Assembly (NCBI GenBank): GCA_964016885.1
Contig: OZ024740.1
Span: 45,880,001-45,944,000, forward strand
DNA: 64,000 nucleotides
From: Eledone cirrhosa
Lineage: Eukaryota
Direction of reading: 5' to 3'
Position 1 is the first letter of the stretch. Each line of letters starts with the position of its first letter. Under the pieces are notes generated by a model. The model did no database searches and had not been told where the DNA came from. It saw only the letters and a program-made list of their open reading frames with translations. This document shows positions 40,681-54,904 of this stretch, in pieces. The position numbers were made by a program, and so were the translations under genes.

Positions 40681-43600
40681 TTAGACCTACTGTCTATTGT
40701 TGTATGTAACAAGATGTTGGTGTTGTACAGCAAGAATTAGACCTACTGTCTGTTGTTGTATGTAACAAGATATTGGTGTTGTACAGCAAGAATTAGATGT
40801 ATTGTCTATTGTTGTATGTAACAAGACATTGGTGTTGTACAGCACGAATTAGATCTACTGTCTATTGTTGTATGTAACAAGACATTGGTGTTGTACAGCA
40901 AGAATTAGATCTACTGTCTATTGTTGTATGTAACAAGATACTGGTGTTGTACAGCAAGAATTAGATCTACTGTCTATTGTTGTGTGTAACAAGACATTGG
41001 TTTTGTACAGCAAGAATTAGATCTACTGTCTATTGTTGTGTGTAACAAGATATTGGTGTTGTACAGCAAGAATTAGGCCTACTGTCTATTGTTGTAATTA
41101 GACATTCGTGTTGTACTGCAAGAATTAGATCTACTATCTATTGTTGTGTGTAACAAGACATTGGTTTTGTACAGCAAGAATTAGATCTACTGTCTATTGT
41201 TGTGTGTAACAAGACATTGGTGTTGTACAGCAAGAATTAGATCTACTGACTATTGTTGTATGTAACAAGACATTGTTGTTGTACAGCAAGAATTAGGCCT
41301 ACTGTCTATTGTTGTAATTAGACATTCGTGTTGTACAGCAAGAATTAGATCTACTGTCTATTGTTGTATGTAACAAGATATTGGCGTTGTACAGCAAGAA
41401 TTAGATCTACTGTCTATTGTTGTGTGTAACAAGACATTGGTGTTGTGCAGCAAGAATTAGATCTACTGTCTATTGTTGCGTGTAACAAGACATTGGTGTG
41501 GTACAGCAAGAATTAGACCTACTGTCTATTGTGGTATGTAACAAGATATTGGTGTTGTACAGCAAGAATTAGACCTACTGTCTGTTGTTGTATGTAACAA
41601 GATATTGGTGTTGTACAGCAAGAATTAGATGTATTGTCTATTGTTGTATGTAACAAGACATTGGTGTTGTACAGCAAGAATTAGATCTACTGTCTCTTGT
41701 TGTATGTAACAAGACATTGGTTTTGTACAGCAAGAATTAGGCCTACTTTCTATTGTTGTAATTAGACATTCGTGTTGTACAGCAAGAATTAGATCTACTG
41801 TCTATTGTTGTATGTGACAAGATATTGGTGTTGTACAGCAAGAATTAGAACTATTGTCTATTGTTGTATGTAACAAGACATTGGTGTTGTTCAGCAAGAA
41901 TTAGATCTACTGTCTATTGTTGTATGTAACAAGACATTGGTGTTGTACAGCAAGAATTAGATCTACTGTCTATTGTTGTATGTAACAAGATATTGGTGTT
42001 GTACAGCAAGAATTAGACCTACTGTCTATTGTTGTATGTAACAAGATGTTGGTGTTGTACAGCAAGAATTAGACCTACTGTCTGTTGTTGTATGTAACAA
42101 GATATTGGTGTTGTACAGCAAGAATTAGATGTATTGTCTATTGTTGTATGTAACAAGACATTGGTGTTGTACAGCAAGAATTAGATCTACTGTCTATTGT
42201 TGTATGTAACAAGACATTGGTGTTGTACAGCAAGAATTAGATCTACTGTCTATTGTTGTATGTAACAAGATATTGGTGTTGTACAGCAAGAATTAGATCT
42301 ACTGTCTATTGTTGTGTGTAACAAGATATTGGTGTTGTACTGCAAGAATTAGATCTACTATCTATTGTTGTGTGTAACAAGACATTGGTTTTGTACAGCA
42401 AGAATTAGATCTACTGTCTATTGTTGTGTGTAACAAGACATTGGTGTTGTACAGCAAGAATTAGATCTACTGTCTATTGTTGTATGTGACAAGATATTGG
42501 TGTTGTACAGCAAGAATTAGAACTATTGTCTATTGTTGTATGTAACAAGACATTGGTGTTGTTCAGCAAGAATTAGATCTACTGTCTATTGTTGTATGTA
42601 ACAAGACATTGGTGTTGTACAGCAAGAATTAGATCTACTGTCTATTGTTGTATGTAACAAGATATTGGTGTTGTACAGCAAGAATTAGACCTACTGTCTA
42701 TTGTTGTATGTAACAAGATATTGGTGTTGTACAGCAAGAATTAGACCTACTGTCTGTTGTTGTATGTAACAAGGTATTGGTGTTGTACAGCAAGAATTAG
42801 ATGTATTGTCTATTGTTATATGTAACAAGACATTGGTTTTGTACAGCAAGAATTAGGCCTACTTTCTATTGTTGTAATTAGACATTCGTGTTGTACAGCA
42901 AGAATTAGACCTACTGTCTATTGTTGTATGTGACAAGATATTGGTGTTGTACAGCAAGAATTAGATCTACTGTCTATTGTTGTATGTAACAAGACATTGT
43001 TGTTGTACAGCAAGAATTAGGCCTACTGTCTATTGTTGTAATTAGACATTCGTGTTGTACAGCAAGAATTAGATCTACTGTCTATTGTTGTACGTAACAA
43101 GATATTGGCGTTGTACAGCAAGAATTAGATCTACTGTCTATTGTTGTGTGTAACAAGACATTGGTGTTGTGCAGCAAGAATTAGATCTACTGTCTATTGT
43201 TGCGTGTAACAAGACATTGGTGTGGTACAGCAAGAATTAGACCTACTGTCTATTGTGGTATGTAACAAGATATTGGTGTTGTACAGCAAGAATTAGACCT
43301 ACTGCCTGTTGTTGTATGTAACAAGATATTGGTGTTGTACAGCAAGAATTAGATGTATTGTCTATTGTTGTATGTAACAAGACATTGGTGTTGTACAGCA
43401 AGAATTAGATCTACTGTCTATTGTTGTGTGTGACAAGACATTGGTGTTGTACACCAAGAATTAGATCTACTGTCTATTGTTGTATGTAACAAGACATTGG
43501 TTTTGTACAGCAAGAATTAGGCCTACTTTCTATTGTTGTAATTAGACATTCGTGTTGTACAGCAAGAATTATATCTACTGTCTATTGTTGTATGTGACAA

Positions 43601-43699
43601 GATATTGGTGTTGTACAGCAAGAATTAGAACTATTGTCTATTGTTGTATGTAACAAGACATTGGTGTTGTTCAGCAAGAATTAGATCTACTGTCTATTG

Positions 43700-46600
43700 T
43701 TGTATGTAACAAGACATTGGTGTTGTACAGCAAGAATTAGATCTACTGTCTATTGTTGTATGTAACAAGATATTGGTGTTGTACAGCAAGAATTAGACCT
43801 ACTGTCTATTGTTGTATGTAACAAGATATTGGTGTTGTACAGCAAGAATTAGACCTACTGTCTGTTGTTGTATGTAACAAGATATTGGTGTTGTACAGCA
43901 AGAATTAGATGTATTGTCTATTGTTATATGTAACAAGACATTGGTGTTGTACAGCAAGAATTAGATCTACTGTGTCCTGTTGTATGTAACAAGACATTGG
44001 TTTTGTACAGCAAGAATTAGGCCTACTTTCTATTGTTGTAATTAGACATTCGTGTCGTACAGCAAGAATTAGACCTACTGTCTATTGTTGTATGTGACAA
44101 GATATTGGTGTTGTACAGCAAGAATTAGATCTACTGTCTATTGTTGTATGTGACAAGATATTGGTGTTGTACAGCAAGAATTAGAACTATTGTCTATTGT
44201 TGTATGTAACAAGACATTGGTGTTGTTCAGCAAGAATTAGATCTACTGTCTATTGTTGTATGTAACAAGATGTTGGTGTTGTACAGAAAGAATTAGACCT
44301 ACTGTCTGTTGTTGTGTGTAACAAGATATTGGTGTTGTACAGCAAGAATTAGACCTACTCTCTGTTGTTGTGTGTTACAAGATATTGGTGTTGTACAGCA
44401 AGAATTAGACCTACTGTCTATTGTTGTATGTAACAAGATATTGGTGTTGTACAGCAAGTATTAGACCTACTGTCTATTGTTGTATGTAACAAGATATTGG
44501 TGTTGTACTGCAAGAATTAGACCTACTGTCTATTGTTGTGTGTAACAAGACATTGGTGTTGTACAGCAAGAATTATATCTACTGTCTATTGTTTTTTGTA
44601 ACAAGATATTGTTGTACAGGAAGAATTAGGCCTACTGTCTATTGTTGTAATTAGACATTCGTGTTGTACAGCAAGAATTAGATCTATTGTCTATTGTTGT
44701 ATGTAACAAGACATTGGTGTTGTACAGCAAGAATTAGATCTACTGTTTATTGTTGTATGTAACAAGACATTGGTGTTGTACAACAAGAATTAGATCTACT
44801 GTCTATTGTCGTATGTAACAAGACATTGGTGTTGTACAGCAAGAATTAGATCTACTGTCTATTGTTGTATGTAACAAGACATTGGTGTTGTACAGCAAGA
44901 ATTAGATCTACTGTCTATTGTTGTATGTAACAAGATATTGGTGTTGTACAGCAAGAATTAGACCTACTGTCTATTGTTGTATGTAACAAGATATTGGTGT
45001 TGTACAGCAAGAATTACACCTACTGTCTGTTGTTGTATGTAACAAGATATTGGTGTTGTACAGCAAGAATTAGATGTATTGTCTATTGTTATATGTAACA
45101 AGACATTGGTGTTGTACAGCAAGAATTAGATCTACTGTCTCTTGTTGTATGTAACAAGACATTGGTTTTGTACAGCAAGAATTAGGCCTACTTTCTATTG
45201 TTGTAATTAGACATTCGTGTTGTACAGCACGAATTAGATCTACTGTCTATTGTTGTATGTGACAAGATATTGGTGTTGTACAGCAAGAATTAGAACTATT
45301 GTCTATTGTTGTATGTAACAAGACATTGGTGTTGTTCAGCAAGAATTAGATCTACTGTCTATTGTTGTATGTAACAAGATGTTGGTGTTGTACAGAAAGA
45401 ATTAGACCTACTGTCTGTTGTTGTGTGTAACAAGATATTGGTGTTGTACAGCAAGAATTAGACCTACTCTCTGTTGTTGTGTGTAACAAGATATTGGTGT
45501 TGTACAGCAAGAATTAGACCTACTGTCTATTGTTGTATGTAACAAGATATTGGTGTTGTACAGCAAGTATTAGACCTACTGTCTATTGTTGTATGTAACA
45601 AGATATTGGTGTTGTACAGCAAGAATTAGACCTACTGTCTATTGTTGTATGTAACAAGATATTGGTGTTGTACAGCAAGAATTAGACCTACTGTCTATTG
45701 TTGTGTGTAACAAGACATTGGTGTTGTACAGAAAGAATTATATCTACTGTCTATTGTTGTATGTAACAAGATATTGGTGTTGTACAGCAAGAATTATATC
45801 TACTGTCTATTGTTTTTTGTAACAAGATATTGGTGTTGTACAGGAAGAATTAGGCCTACTGTCTATTGTTGTAATTAGACATTCGTGTTGTAACAGCAAG
45901 AATTGGATCTACTGTCTATTGTTGTATGTAACAAGATATAGGTGTTGTACAGCAAGAATTAGATCTACTGTCTATTGTTGTGTGTAACAAGACATTGGTG
46001 TTGTGCAGCAAGAATTAGATCTACTGTCTATTGTTGTGTGTAACAAGACATTGGTGTTGTACAGCAAGAATTAGATCTATTGTCTATTGTTGTATGTAAC
46101 AAGATATTGGTGTTGTACAGCAAGAATTAGGCCTACTGTCTATTGTTGTGTGTAACAAGACATTGGTGTTGTACAGCAAGAATTAGGCTTACTGTCTATT
46201 GTTGTAATTAGAGATTCGTGTTGTACAGTAAGAATTAGATCTATTGTCTATTGTTGTGTGTAACAAGATATTGGTTTTGTACAGCAAGAATTTGATCTAC
46301 CCTCTATTGTTGTATGTAACAAGACATTGGTGTTGTACAGAAAGAATTAGGCCTACTGTCTATTGTTGTAATTAGACATTCGTGTTGTACAGCAAGAATT
46401 AGATCTACTGTCTATTGTTGTGTGTAACAAGACATTGGTGTTGTGCAGCAAGAATTAGATCTACTGTCTATTGTTGTGTGTAACAAGACATTGGTGTTGT
46501 ACAGCAAGAATTAGGCCTACTGTCTATTGTTATGTGTAACAAGACATTGGTGTTGTACAGCAAGAACTAGGCTTACTGTCTATTGTTGTAATTAGACATT

Positions 46601-49600
46601 CGTGTTGTACAGCAAGATTTAGATCTACTGTCTATTGTTGTATGTAACAAGACATTGGTGTTGTACAGCAAGTATTAGATCTACTGTCTATTGTTGTATG
46701 TAACAAGACATTGGTGTTGTACAGCAAGAATTAGGCCTACTGTCTATTGTTGTAATTAGACATTCGTGTTGTACAGCAAGAATTATACCTACTGTCTATT
46801 GTTGTATGTAACAAGACATTGGTGTTGTGCAGCAAGAATTAGATCTACTGTCTATTGTTGTGTGTAACAAGATATTGGTGTTGTACAGCAAGAATTAGAC
46901 CTACTGTCTATTGTTGTATGTAACAAGATGTTGGTGTTGTACAGCAAGAATTAGACCTACTGTCTGTTGTTGTATGTAACAAGATATTGGTGTTGTACAG
47001 CAAGAATTAGATGTATTGTCTATTGTTGTATGTAACAAGACATTGGTGTTGTACAGCAAGAATTAGATCTACTGTCTATTGTTGTATGTAACAAGACATT
47101 GGTGTTGTACAGCAAGAATTAGATCTACTGTCTATTGTTGTATGTAACAAGATATTGGTGTTGTACAGCAAGAATTAGATCTACTGTCTATTGTTGTGTG
47201 TAACAAGATATTGGTGTTGTACTGCAAGAATTAGATCTACTGTCTATTGTTGTGTGTAACAAGACATTGGTTTTGTACAGCAAGAATTAGATCTACTGTC
47301 TATTGTTGTGTGTAACAAGACATTGGTGTTGCACAGCAAGAATTAGATCTACTGTCTATTGTTGTATGTAACAAGACATTGTTGTTGTACAGCAAGAATT
47401 AGGCCTACTGTCTATTGTTGTAATTAGACATTCGTGTTGTACAGCAAGAATTAGATCTACTGTCTATTGTTGTATGTAACAAGATATTGGCGTTGTACAG
47501 CAAGAATTAGATCTACTGTCTATTGTTGTTGTGTAACAAGACATTGGTGTTGTGCAGCAAGAATTAGATCTACTGTCTATTGTTGTGTGTAACAAGACAT
47601 TGGTGTGGTACAGCAAGAATTAGACCTACTGTCTATTGTGGTATGTAACAAGATATTGGTGTTGTACAGCAAGAATTAGACCTACTGTCTGTTGTTGTAT
47701 GTAACAAGATATTGGTGTTGTACAGCAAGAATTAGATGTATTGTCTATTGTTGTATGTAACAAGACATTGGTGTTGTACAGCAAGAATTAGATCTACTGT
47801 CTCTTGTTGTATGTAACAAGACATTGGTTTTGTACAGCAAGAATTAGGCCTACTTTCTATTGTTGTAATTAGACATTCGTGTTGTACAGCACGAATTAGA
47901 TCTACTGTCTATTGTTGTATGTGACAAGATATTGGTGTTGGACAGCAAGAATTAGAACTATTGTCTATTGTTGTATGTAACAAGATATTGGTGTTGTTCA
48001 GCAAGAATTAGACCTACTGTCTGTTGTTGTATGTAACAAGATATTGGTGTTGTACAGCAAGAATTAGATGTATTGTCTATTGTTGTATGTAACAAGACAT
48101 TGGTGTTGTACAGCAAGAATTAGATCTACTGTCTCTTGTTGTATGTAACAAGACATTGGTTTTGTACAGCAAGAATTAGGCCTACTTTCTATTGTTGTAA
48201 TTAGACATTCGTGTTGTACAGCAAGAATTAGATCTACTGTCTATTGTTGTATGTGACAAGATATTGGTGTTGTACAGCAAGAATTAGAACTATTGTCTAT
48301 TGTAGTATGTAACAAGACATTGGTGTTGTTCAGCAAGAATTAGATCTACTGTCTATTGTTGTATGTAACAAGATATTGGTGTTGTACAGCAAGAATTAGA
48401 CCTACTGTCTATTGTTGTATGTAACAAGATATTGGTGTTGTACAGCAAGAATTAGACCTACTGTCTGTTGTTGTATGTAACAAGATATTGGTGTTGTACA
48501 GCAAGAATTAGATGTATTGTCTATTGTTATATGTAACAAGACATTGGTGTTGTACAGCAAGAATTAGATCTACTGTCTCCTGTTGTATGTAACAAGACAT
48601 TGGTTTTGTACAGCAAGAATTAGGCCTACTTTCTATTGTTGTAATTAGACATTCGTGTCGTACAGCAAGAATTAGACCTACTGTCTATTGTTGTATGTGA
48701 CAAGATATTGGTGTTGTACAGCAAGAATTAGATCTACTGTCTATTGTTGTATGTGACAAGATATTGGTGTTGTACAGCAAGAATTAGAACTATTGTCTAT
48801 TGTTGTATGTAACAAGACATTGGTGTTGTTCAGCAAGAATTAGATCTACTGTCTATTGTTGTATGTAACAAGATGTTGGTGTTGTACAGAAAGAATTAGA
48901 CCTACTGTCTGTTGTTGTGTGTAACAAGATATTGGTGTTGTACAGCAAGAATTAGACCTACTCTCTGTTGTTGTGTGTTACAAGATATTGGTGTTGTACA
49001 GCAAGAATTAGACCTACTGTCTATTGTTGTATGTAACAAGATATTGGTGTTGTACAGCAAGTATTAGACCTACTGTCTATTGTTGTATGTAACAAGATAT
49101 TGGTGTTGTACTGCAAGAATTAGACCTACTGTCTATTGTTGTGTGTAACAAGACATTGGTGTTGTACAGCAAGAATTATATCTACTGTCTATTGTTTTTT
49201 GTAACAAGATATTGTTGTACAGGAAGAATTAGGCCTACTGTCTATTGTTGTAATTAGACATTCGTGTTGTACAGCAAGAATTAGATCTATTGTCTATTGT
49301 TGTATGTAACAAGACATTGGTGTTGTACAGCAAGAATTAGATCTACTGTTTATTGTTGTATGTAACAAGACATTGGTGTTGTACAACAAGAATTAGATCT
49401 ACTGTCTATTGTCGTATGTAACAAGACATTGGTGTTGTACAGCAAGAATTAGATCTACTGTCTATTGTTGTATGTAACAAGACATTGGTGTTGTACAGCA
49501 AGAATTAGATCTACTGTCTATTGTTGTATGTAACAAGATATTGGTGTTGTACAGCAAGAATTAGACCTACTGTCTATTGTTGTATGTAACAAGATATTGG

Positions 49601-52600
49601 TGTTGTACAGCAAGAATTACACCTACTGTCTGTTGTTGTATGTAACAAGATATTGGTGTTGTACAGCAAGAATTAGATGTATTGTCTATTGTTATATGTA
49701 ACAAGACATTGGTGTTGTACAGCAAGAATTAGATCTACTGTCTCTTGTTGTATGTAACAAGACATTGGTTTTGTACAGCAAGAATTAGGCCTACTTTCTA
49801 TTGTTGTAATTAGACATTCGTGTTGTACAGCACGAATTAGATCTACTGTCTATTGTTGTATGTGACAAGATATTGGTGTTGTACAGCAAGAATTAGAACT
49901 ATTGTCTATTGTTGTATGTAACAAGACATTGGTGTTGTTCAGCAAGAATTAGATCTACTGTCTATTGTTGTATGTAACAAGATGTTGGTGTTGTACAGAA
50001 AGAATTAGACCTACTGTCTGTTGTTGTGTGTAACAAGATATTGGTGTTGTACAGCAAGAATTAGACCTACTCTCTGTTGTTGTGTGTAACAAGATATTGG
50101 TGTTGTACAGCAAGAATTAGACCTACTGTCTATTGTTGTATGTAACAAGATATTGGTGTTGTACAGCAAGTATTAGACCTACTGTCTATTGTTGTATGTA
50201 ACAAGATATTGGTGTTGTACAGCAAGAATTAGACCTACTGTCTATTGTTGTATGTAACAAGATATTGGTGTTGTACAGCAAGAATTAGACCTACTGTCTA
50301 TTGTTGTGTGTAACAAGACATTGGTGTTGTACAGAAAGAATTATATCTACTGTCTATTGTTGTATGTAACAAGATATTGGTGTTGTACAGCAAGAATTAT
50401 ATCTACTGTCTATTGTTTTTTGTAACAAGATATTGGTGTTGTACAGGAAGAATTAGGCCTACTGTCTATTGTTGTAATTAGACATTCGTGTTGTAACAGC
50501 AAGAATTGGATCTACTGTCTATTGTTGTATGTAACAAGATATAGGTGTTGTACAGCAAGAATTAGATCTACTGTCTATTGTTGTGTGTAACAAGACATTG
50601 GTGTTGTGCAGCAAGAATTAGATCTACTGTCTATTGTTGTGTGTAACAAGACATTGGTGTTGTACAGCAAGAATTAGATCTATTGTCTATTGTTGTATGT
50701 AACAAGATATTGGTGTTGTACAGCAAGAATTAGGCCTACTGTCTATTGTTGTGTGTAACAAGACATTGGTGTTGTACAGCAAGAATTAGGCTTACTGTCT
50801 ATTGTTGTAATTAGAGATTCGTGTTGTACAGTAAGAATTAGATCTATTGTCTATTGTTGTGTGTAACAAGATATTGGTTTTGTACAGCAAGAATTAGATC
50901 TACCCTCTATTGTTGTATGTAACAAGACATTGGTGTTGTACAGAAAGAATTAGGCCTACTGTCTATTGTTGTAATTAGACATTCGTGTTGTACAGCAAGA
51001 ATTAGATCTACTGTCTATTGTTGTGTGTAACAAGACATTGGTGTTGTGCAGCAAGAATTAGATCTACTGTCTATTGTTGTGTGTAACAAGACATTGGTGT
51101 TGTACAGCAAGAATTAGGCCTACTGTCTATTGTTATGTGTAACAAGACATTGGTGTTGTACAGCAAGAACTAGGCTTACTGTCTATTGTTGTAATTAGAC
51201 ATTCGTGTTGTACAGCAAGATTTAGATCTACTGTCTATTGTTGTATGTAACAAGACATTGGTGTTGTACAGCAAGTATTAGATCTACTGTCTATTGTTGT
51301 ATGTAACAAGACATTGGTGTTGTACAGCAAGAATTAGGCCTACTGTCTATTGTTGTAATTAGACATTCGTGTTGTACAGCAAGAATTATACCTACTGTCT
51401 ATTGTTGTATGTAACAAGACATTGGTGTTGTGCAGCAAGAATTAGATCTACTGTCTATTGTTGTGTGTAACAAGATATTGGTGTTGTACAGCAAGAATTA
51501 GACCTACTGTCTATTGTTGTATGTAACAAGATGTTGGTGTTGTACAGCAAGAATTAGACCTACTGTCTGTTGTTGTATGTAACAAGATATTGGTGTTGTA
51601 CAGCAAGAATTAGATGTATTGTCTATTGTTGTATGTAACAAGACATTGGTGTTGTACAGCAAGAATTAGATCTACTGTCTATTGTTGTATGTAACAAGAC
51701 ATTGGTGTTGTACAGCAAGAATTAGATCTACTGTCTATTGTTGTATGTAACAAGATATTGGTGTTGTACAGCAAGAATTAGATCTACTGTCTATTGTTGT
51801 GTGTAACAAGATATTGGTGTTGTACTGCAAGAATTAGATCTACTATCTATTGTTGTGTGTAACAAGACATTGGTTTTGTACAGCAAGAATTAGATCTACT
51901 GTCTATTGTTGTGTGTAACAAGACATTGGTGTTGCACAGCAAGAATTAGATCTACTGTCTATTGTTGTATGTAACAAGACATTGTTGTTGTACAGCAAGA
52001 ATTAGGCCTACTGTCTATTGTTGTAATTAGACATTCGTGTTGTACAGCAAGAATTAGATCTACTGTCTATTGTTGTATGTAACAAGATATTGGCGTTGTA
52101 CAGCAAGAATTAGATCTACTGTCTATTGTTGTTGTGTAACAAGACATTGGTGTTGTGCAGCAAGAATTAGATCTACTGTCTATTGTTGTGTGTAACAAGA
52201 CATTGGTGTGGTACAGCAAGAATTAGACCTACTGTCTATTGTGGTATGTAACAAGATATTGGTGTTGTACAGCAAGAATTAGACCTACTGTCTGTTGTTG
52301 TATGTAACAAGATATTGGTGTTGTACAGCAAGAATTAGATGTATTGTCTATTGTTGTATGTAACAAGACATTGGTGTTGTACAGCAAGAATTAGATCTAC
52401 TGTCTCTTGTTGTATGTAACAAGACATTGGTTTTGTACAGCAAGAATTAGGCCTACTTTCTATTGTTGTAATTAGACATTCGTGTTGTACAGCACGAATT
52501 AGATCTACTGTCTATTGTTGTATGTGACAAGATATTGGTGTTGGACAGCAAGAATTAGAACTATTGTCTATTGTTGTATGTAACAAGATATTGGTGTTGT

Positions 52601-52950
52601 TCAGCAAGAATTAGACCTACTGTCTGTTGTTGTATGTAACAAGATATTGGTGTTGTACAGCAAGAATTAGATGTATTGTCTATTGTTGTATGTAACAAGA
52701 CATTGGTGTTGTACAGCAAGAATTAGATCTACTGTCTCTTGTTGTATGTAACAAGACATTGGTTTTGTACAGCAAGAATTAGGCCTACTTTCTATTGTTG
52801 TAATTAGACATTCGTGTTGTACAGCAAGAATTAGATCTACTGTCTATTGTTGTATGTGACAAGATATTGGTGTTGTACAGCAAGAATTAGAACTATTGTC
52901 TATTGTAGTATGTAACAAGACATTGGTGTTGTTCAGCAAGAATTAGATCT
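43700..52950. repeat. Tandem duplication of 4,603 bp (83 monomers), two copies
   Basis: A shared 3-bp deletion ACAAGATATTGTTGTACAGG is at 44601/49204, AATTGGATCT at 45901/50504, and GACAGC (GTTGGAC variant) at 47941/52544, all offset by 4,603. 83x56-11x4-3+2=4603. Confidence 0.92.
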
Positions 52951-54904
52951 ACTGTCTATTGTTGTATTTAACAAGACATTGGTGTTGTACAGCAAGAATT
53001 AGATCTACTGTCTATTGTTGTATGTAACAAGATATTGGTGTTGTACAGCAAGAATTAGACCTACCGTCTATTGTTGTATGTAACAAGATATTGGTGTTGT
53101 ACAGCAAGAATTAGACCTACTGTCTGTTGTTGTATGTAACAAGATATTGGTGTTGTACAGCAAGAATTAGATGTATTGTCTATTGTTGTATATAAGAAGA
53201 CATTGGTGTTGTGCAGCAAGAATTAGATCTACTGTCTATTGTTGTATGTGACAAGATATTGGTGTTGTACAGCAAGAATTAGAACTATTGTCTATTGTTG
53301 TATGTAACAAGACATTGGTGTTGTACAGCAAGAATTAGAACTATTGTCTATTGTTGTATGTAACAAGACATTCGTGTTGTACAGCAAGAATTAGATCTAC
53401 TGTCTATTGTTGTATGTGACAAGATATTGGTGTTGTACAGCAAGAATTAGAACTATTGTCTATTGTTGTATGTAACAAGACATTGGTGTTGTTCAGCAAG
53501 AATTAGATCTACTGTCTATTGTTGTATGTAACAAGATGTTGGTGTTGTACAGAAAGAATTAGACCTACTGTCTGTTGTTGTGTGTAACAAGATATTGGTG
53601 TTGTACAGCAAGAATTAGACCTACTCTCTGTTGTTGTGTGTAACAAGATATTGGTGTTGTACAGCAAGAATTAGACCTACTGTCTATTGTTGTATGTAAC
53701 AAGATATTGGTGTTGTACAGCAAGTATTAGACCTACTGTCTATTGTTGTATGTAACAAGATATTGGTGTTGTACAGCAAGAATTAGACCTACTGTCTATT
53801 GTTGTGTGTAACAAGACATTGGTGTTGTACAGCAAGAATTATATCTACTGTCTATTGTTTTTTGTAACAAGATATTGGTGTTGTACAGGAAGAATTAGGC
53901 CTACTGTCTATTGTTTTAATTAGACATTCGTGTTGTACAGCAAGAATTAGATCTACTGTCTATTGTTGTATGTAACAAGACATTGCTGTTGTACAACAAG
54001 AATTAGATCTACTGTCTATTGTCGTATGTAACAAGACATTGGTGTTGTACAGCAAGAATTAGATCTACTGTCTATTGTTGTATGTAACAAGACATTGGTG
54101 TTGTACAGCAAGAATTAGATCTACTGTCTATTGTTGTATGTAACAAGATATTGGTGTTGTACAGCAAGAATTAGACCTACTGTCTATTGTTGTATGTAAC
54201 AAGATATTGGTGTTGTACAGCAAGAATTAGACCTACTGTCTGTTGTTGTATGTAACAAGATATTGGTGTTGTACAGCAAGAATTAGATGTATTGTCTATT
54301 GTTATATGTAACAAGACATTGGTGTTGTACAGCAAGAATTATATCTACTGTCTCTTGTTGTATGTAACAAGACATTGGTTTTGTACAGCAAGAATTAGGC
54401 CTACTTTCTATTGTTGTAATTAGACATTCGTGTTGTACAGCACGAATTAGATCTACTGTCTATTGTTGTATGTGACAAGATATTGGTGTTGTACAGCAAG
54501 AATTAGAACTATTGTCTATTGTTGTATGTAACAAGACATTGGTGTTGTTCAGCAAGAATTAGATCTACTGTCTATTGTTGTATGTAACAAGATGTTGGTG
54601 TTGTACAGAAAGAATTAGACCTACTGTCTGTTGTTGTGTGTAACAAGATATTGGTGTTGTACAGCAAGAATTAGACCTACTCTCTGTTGTTGTGTGTAAC
54701 AAGATATTGGTGTTGTACAGCAAGAATTAGACCTACTGTCTATTGTTGTATGTAACAAGATATTGGTGTTGTACAGCAAGTATTAGACCTACTGTCTATT
54801 GTTGTATGTAACAAGATATTAGTGTTGTACAGCAAGAATTAGACCTACTGTCTATTGTTGTATGTAACAAGATATTGGTGTTGTACAGCAAGAATTAGAC
54901 CTAC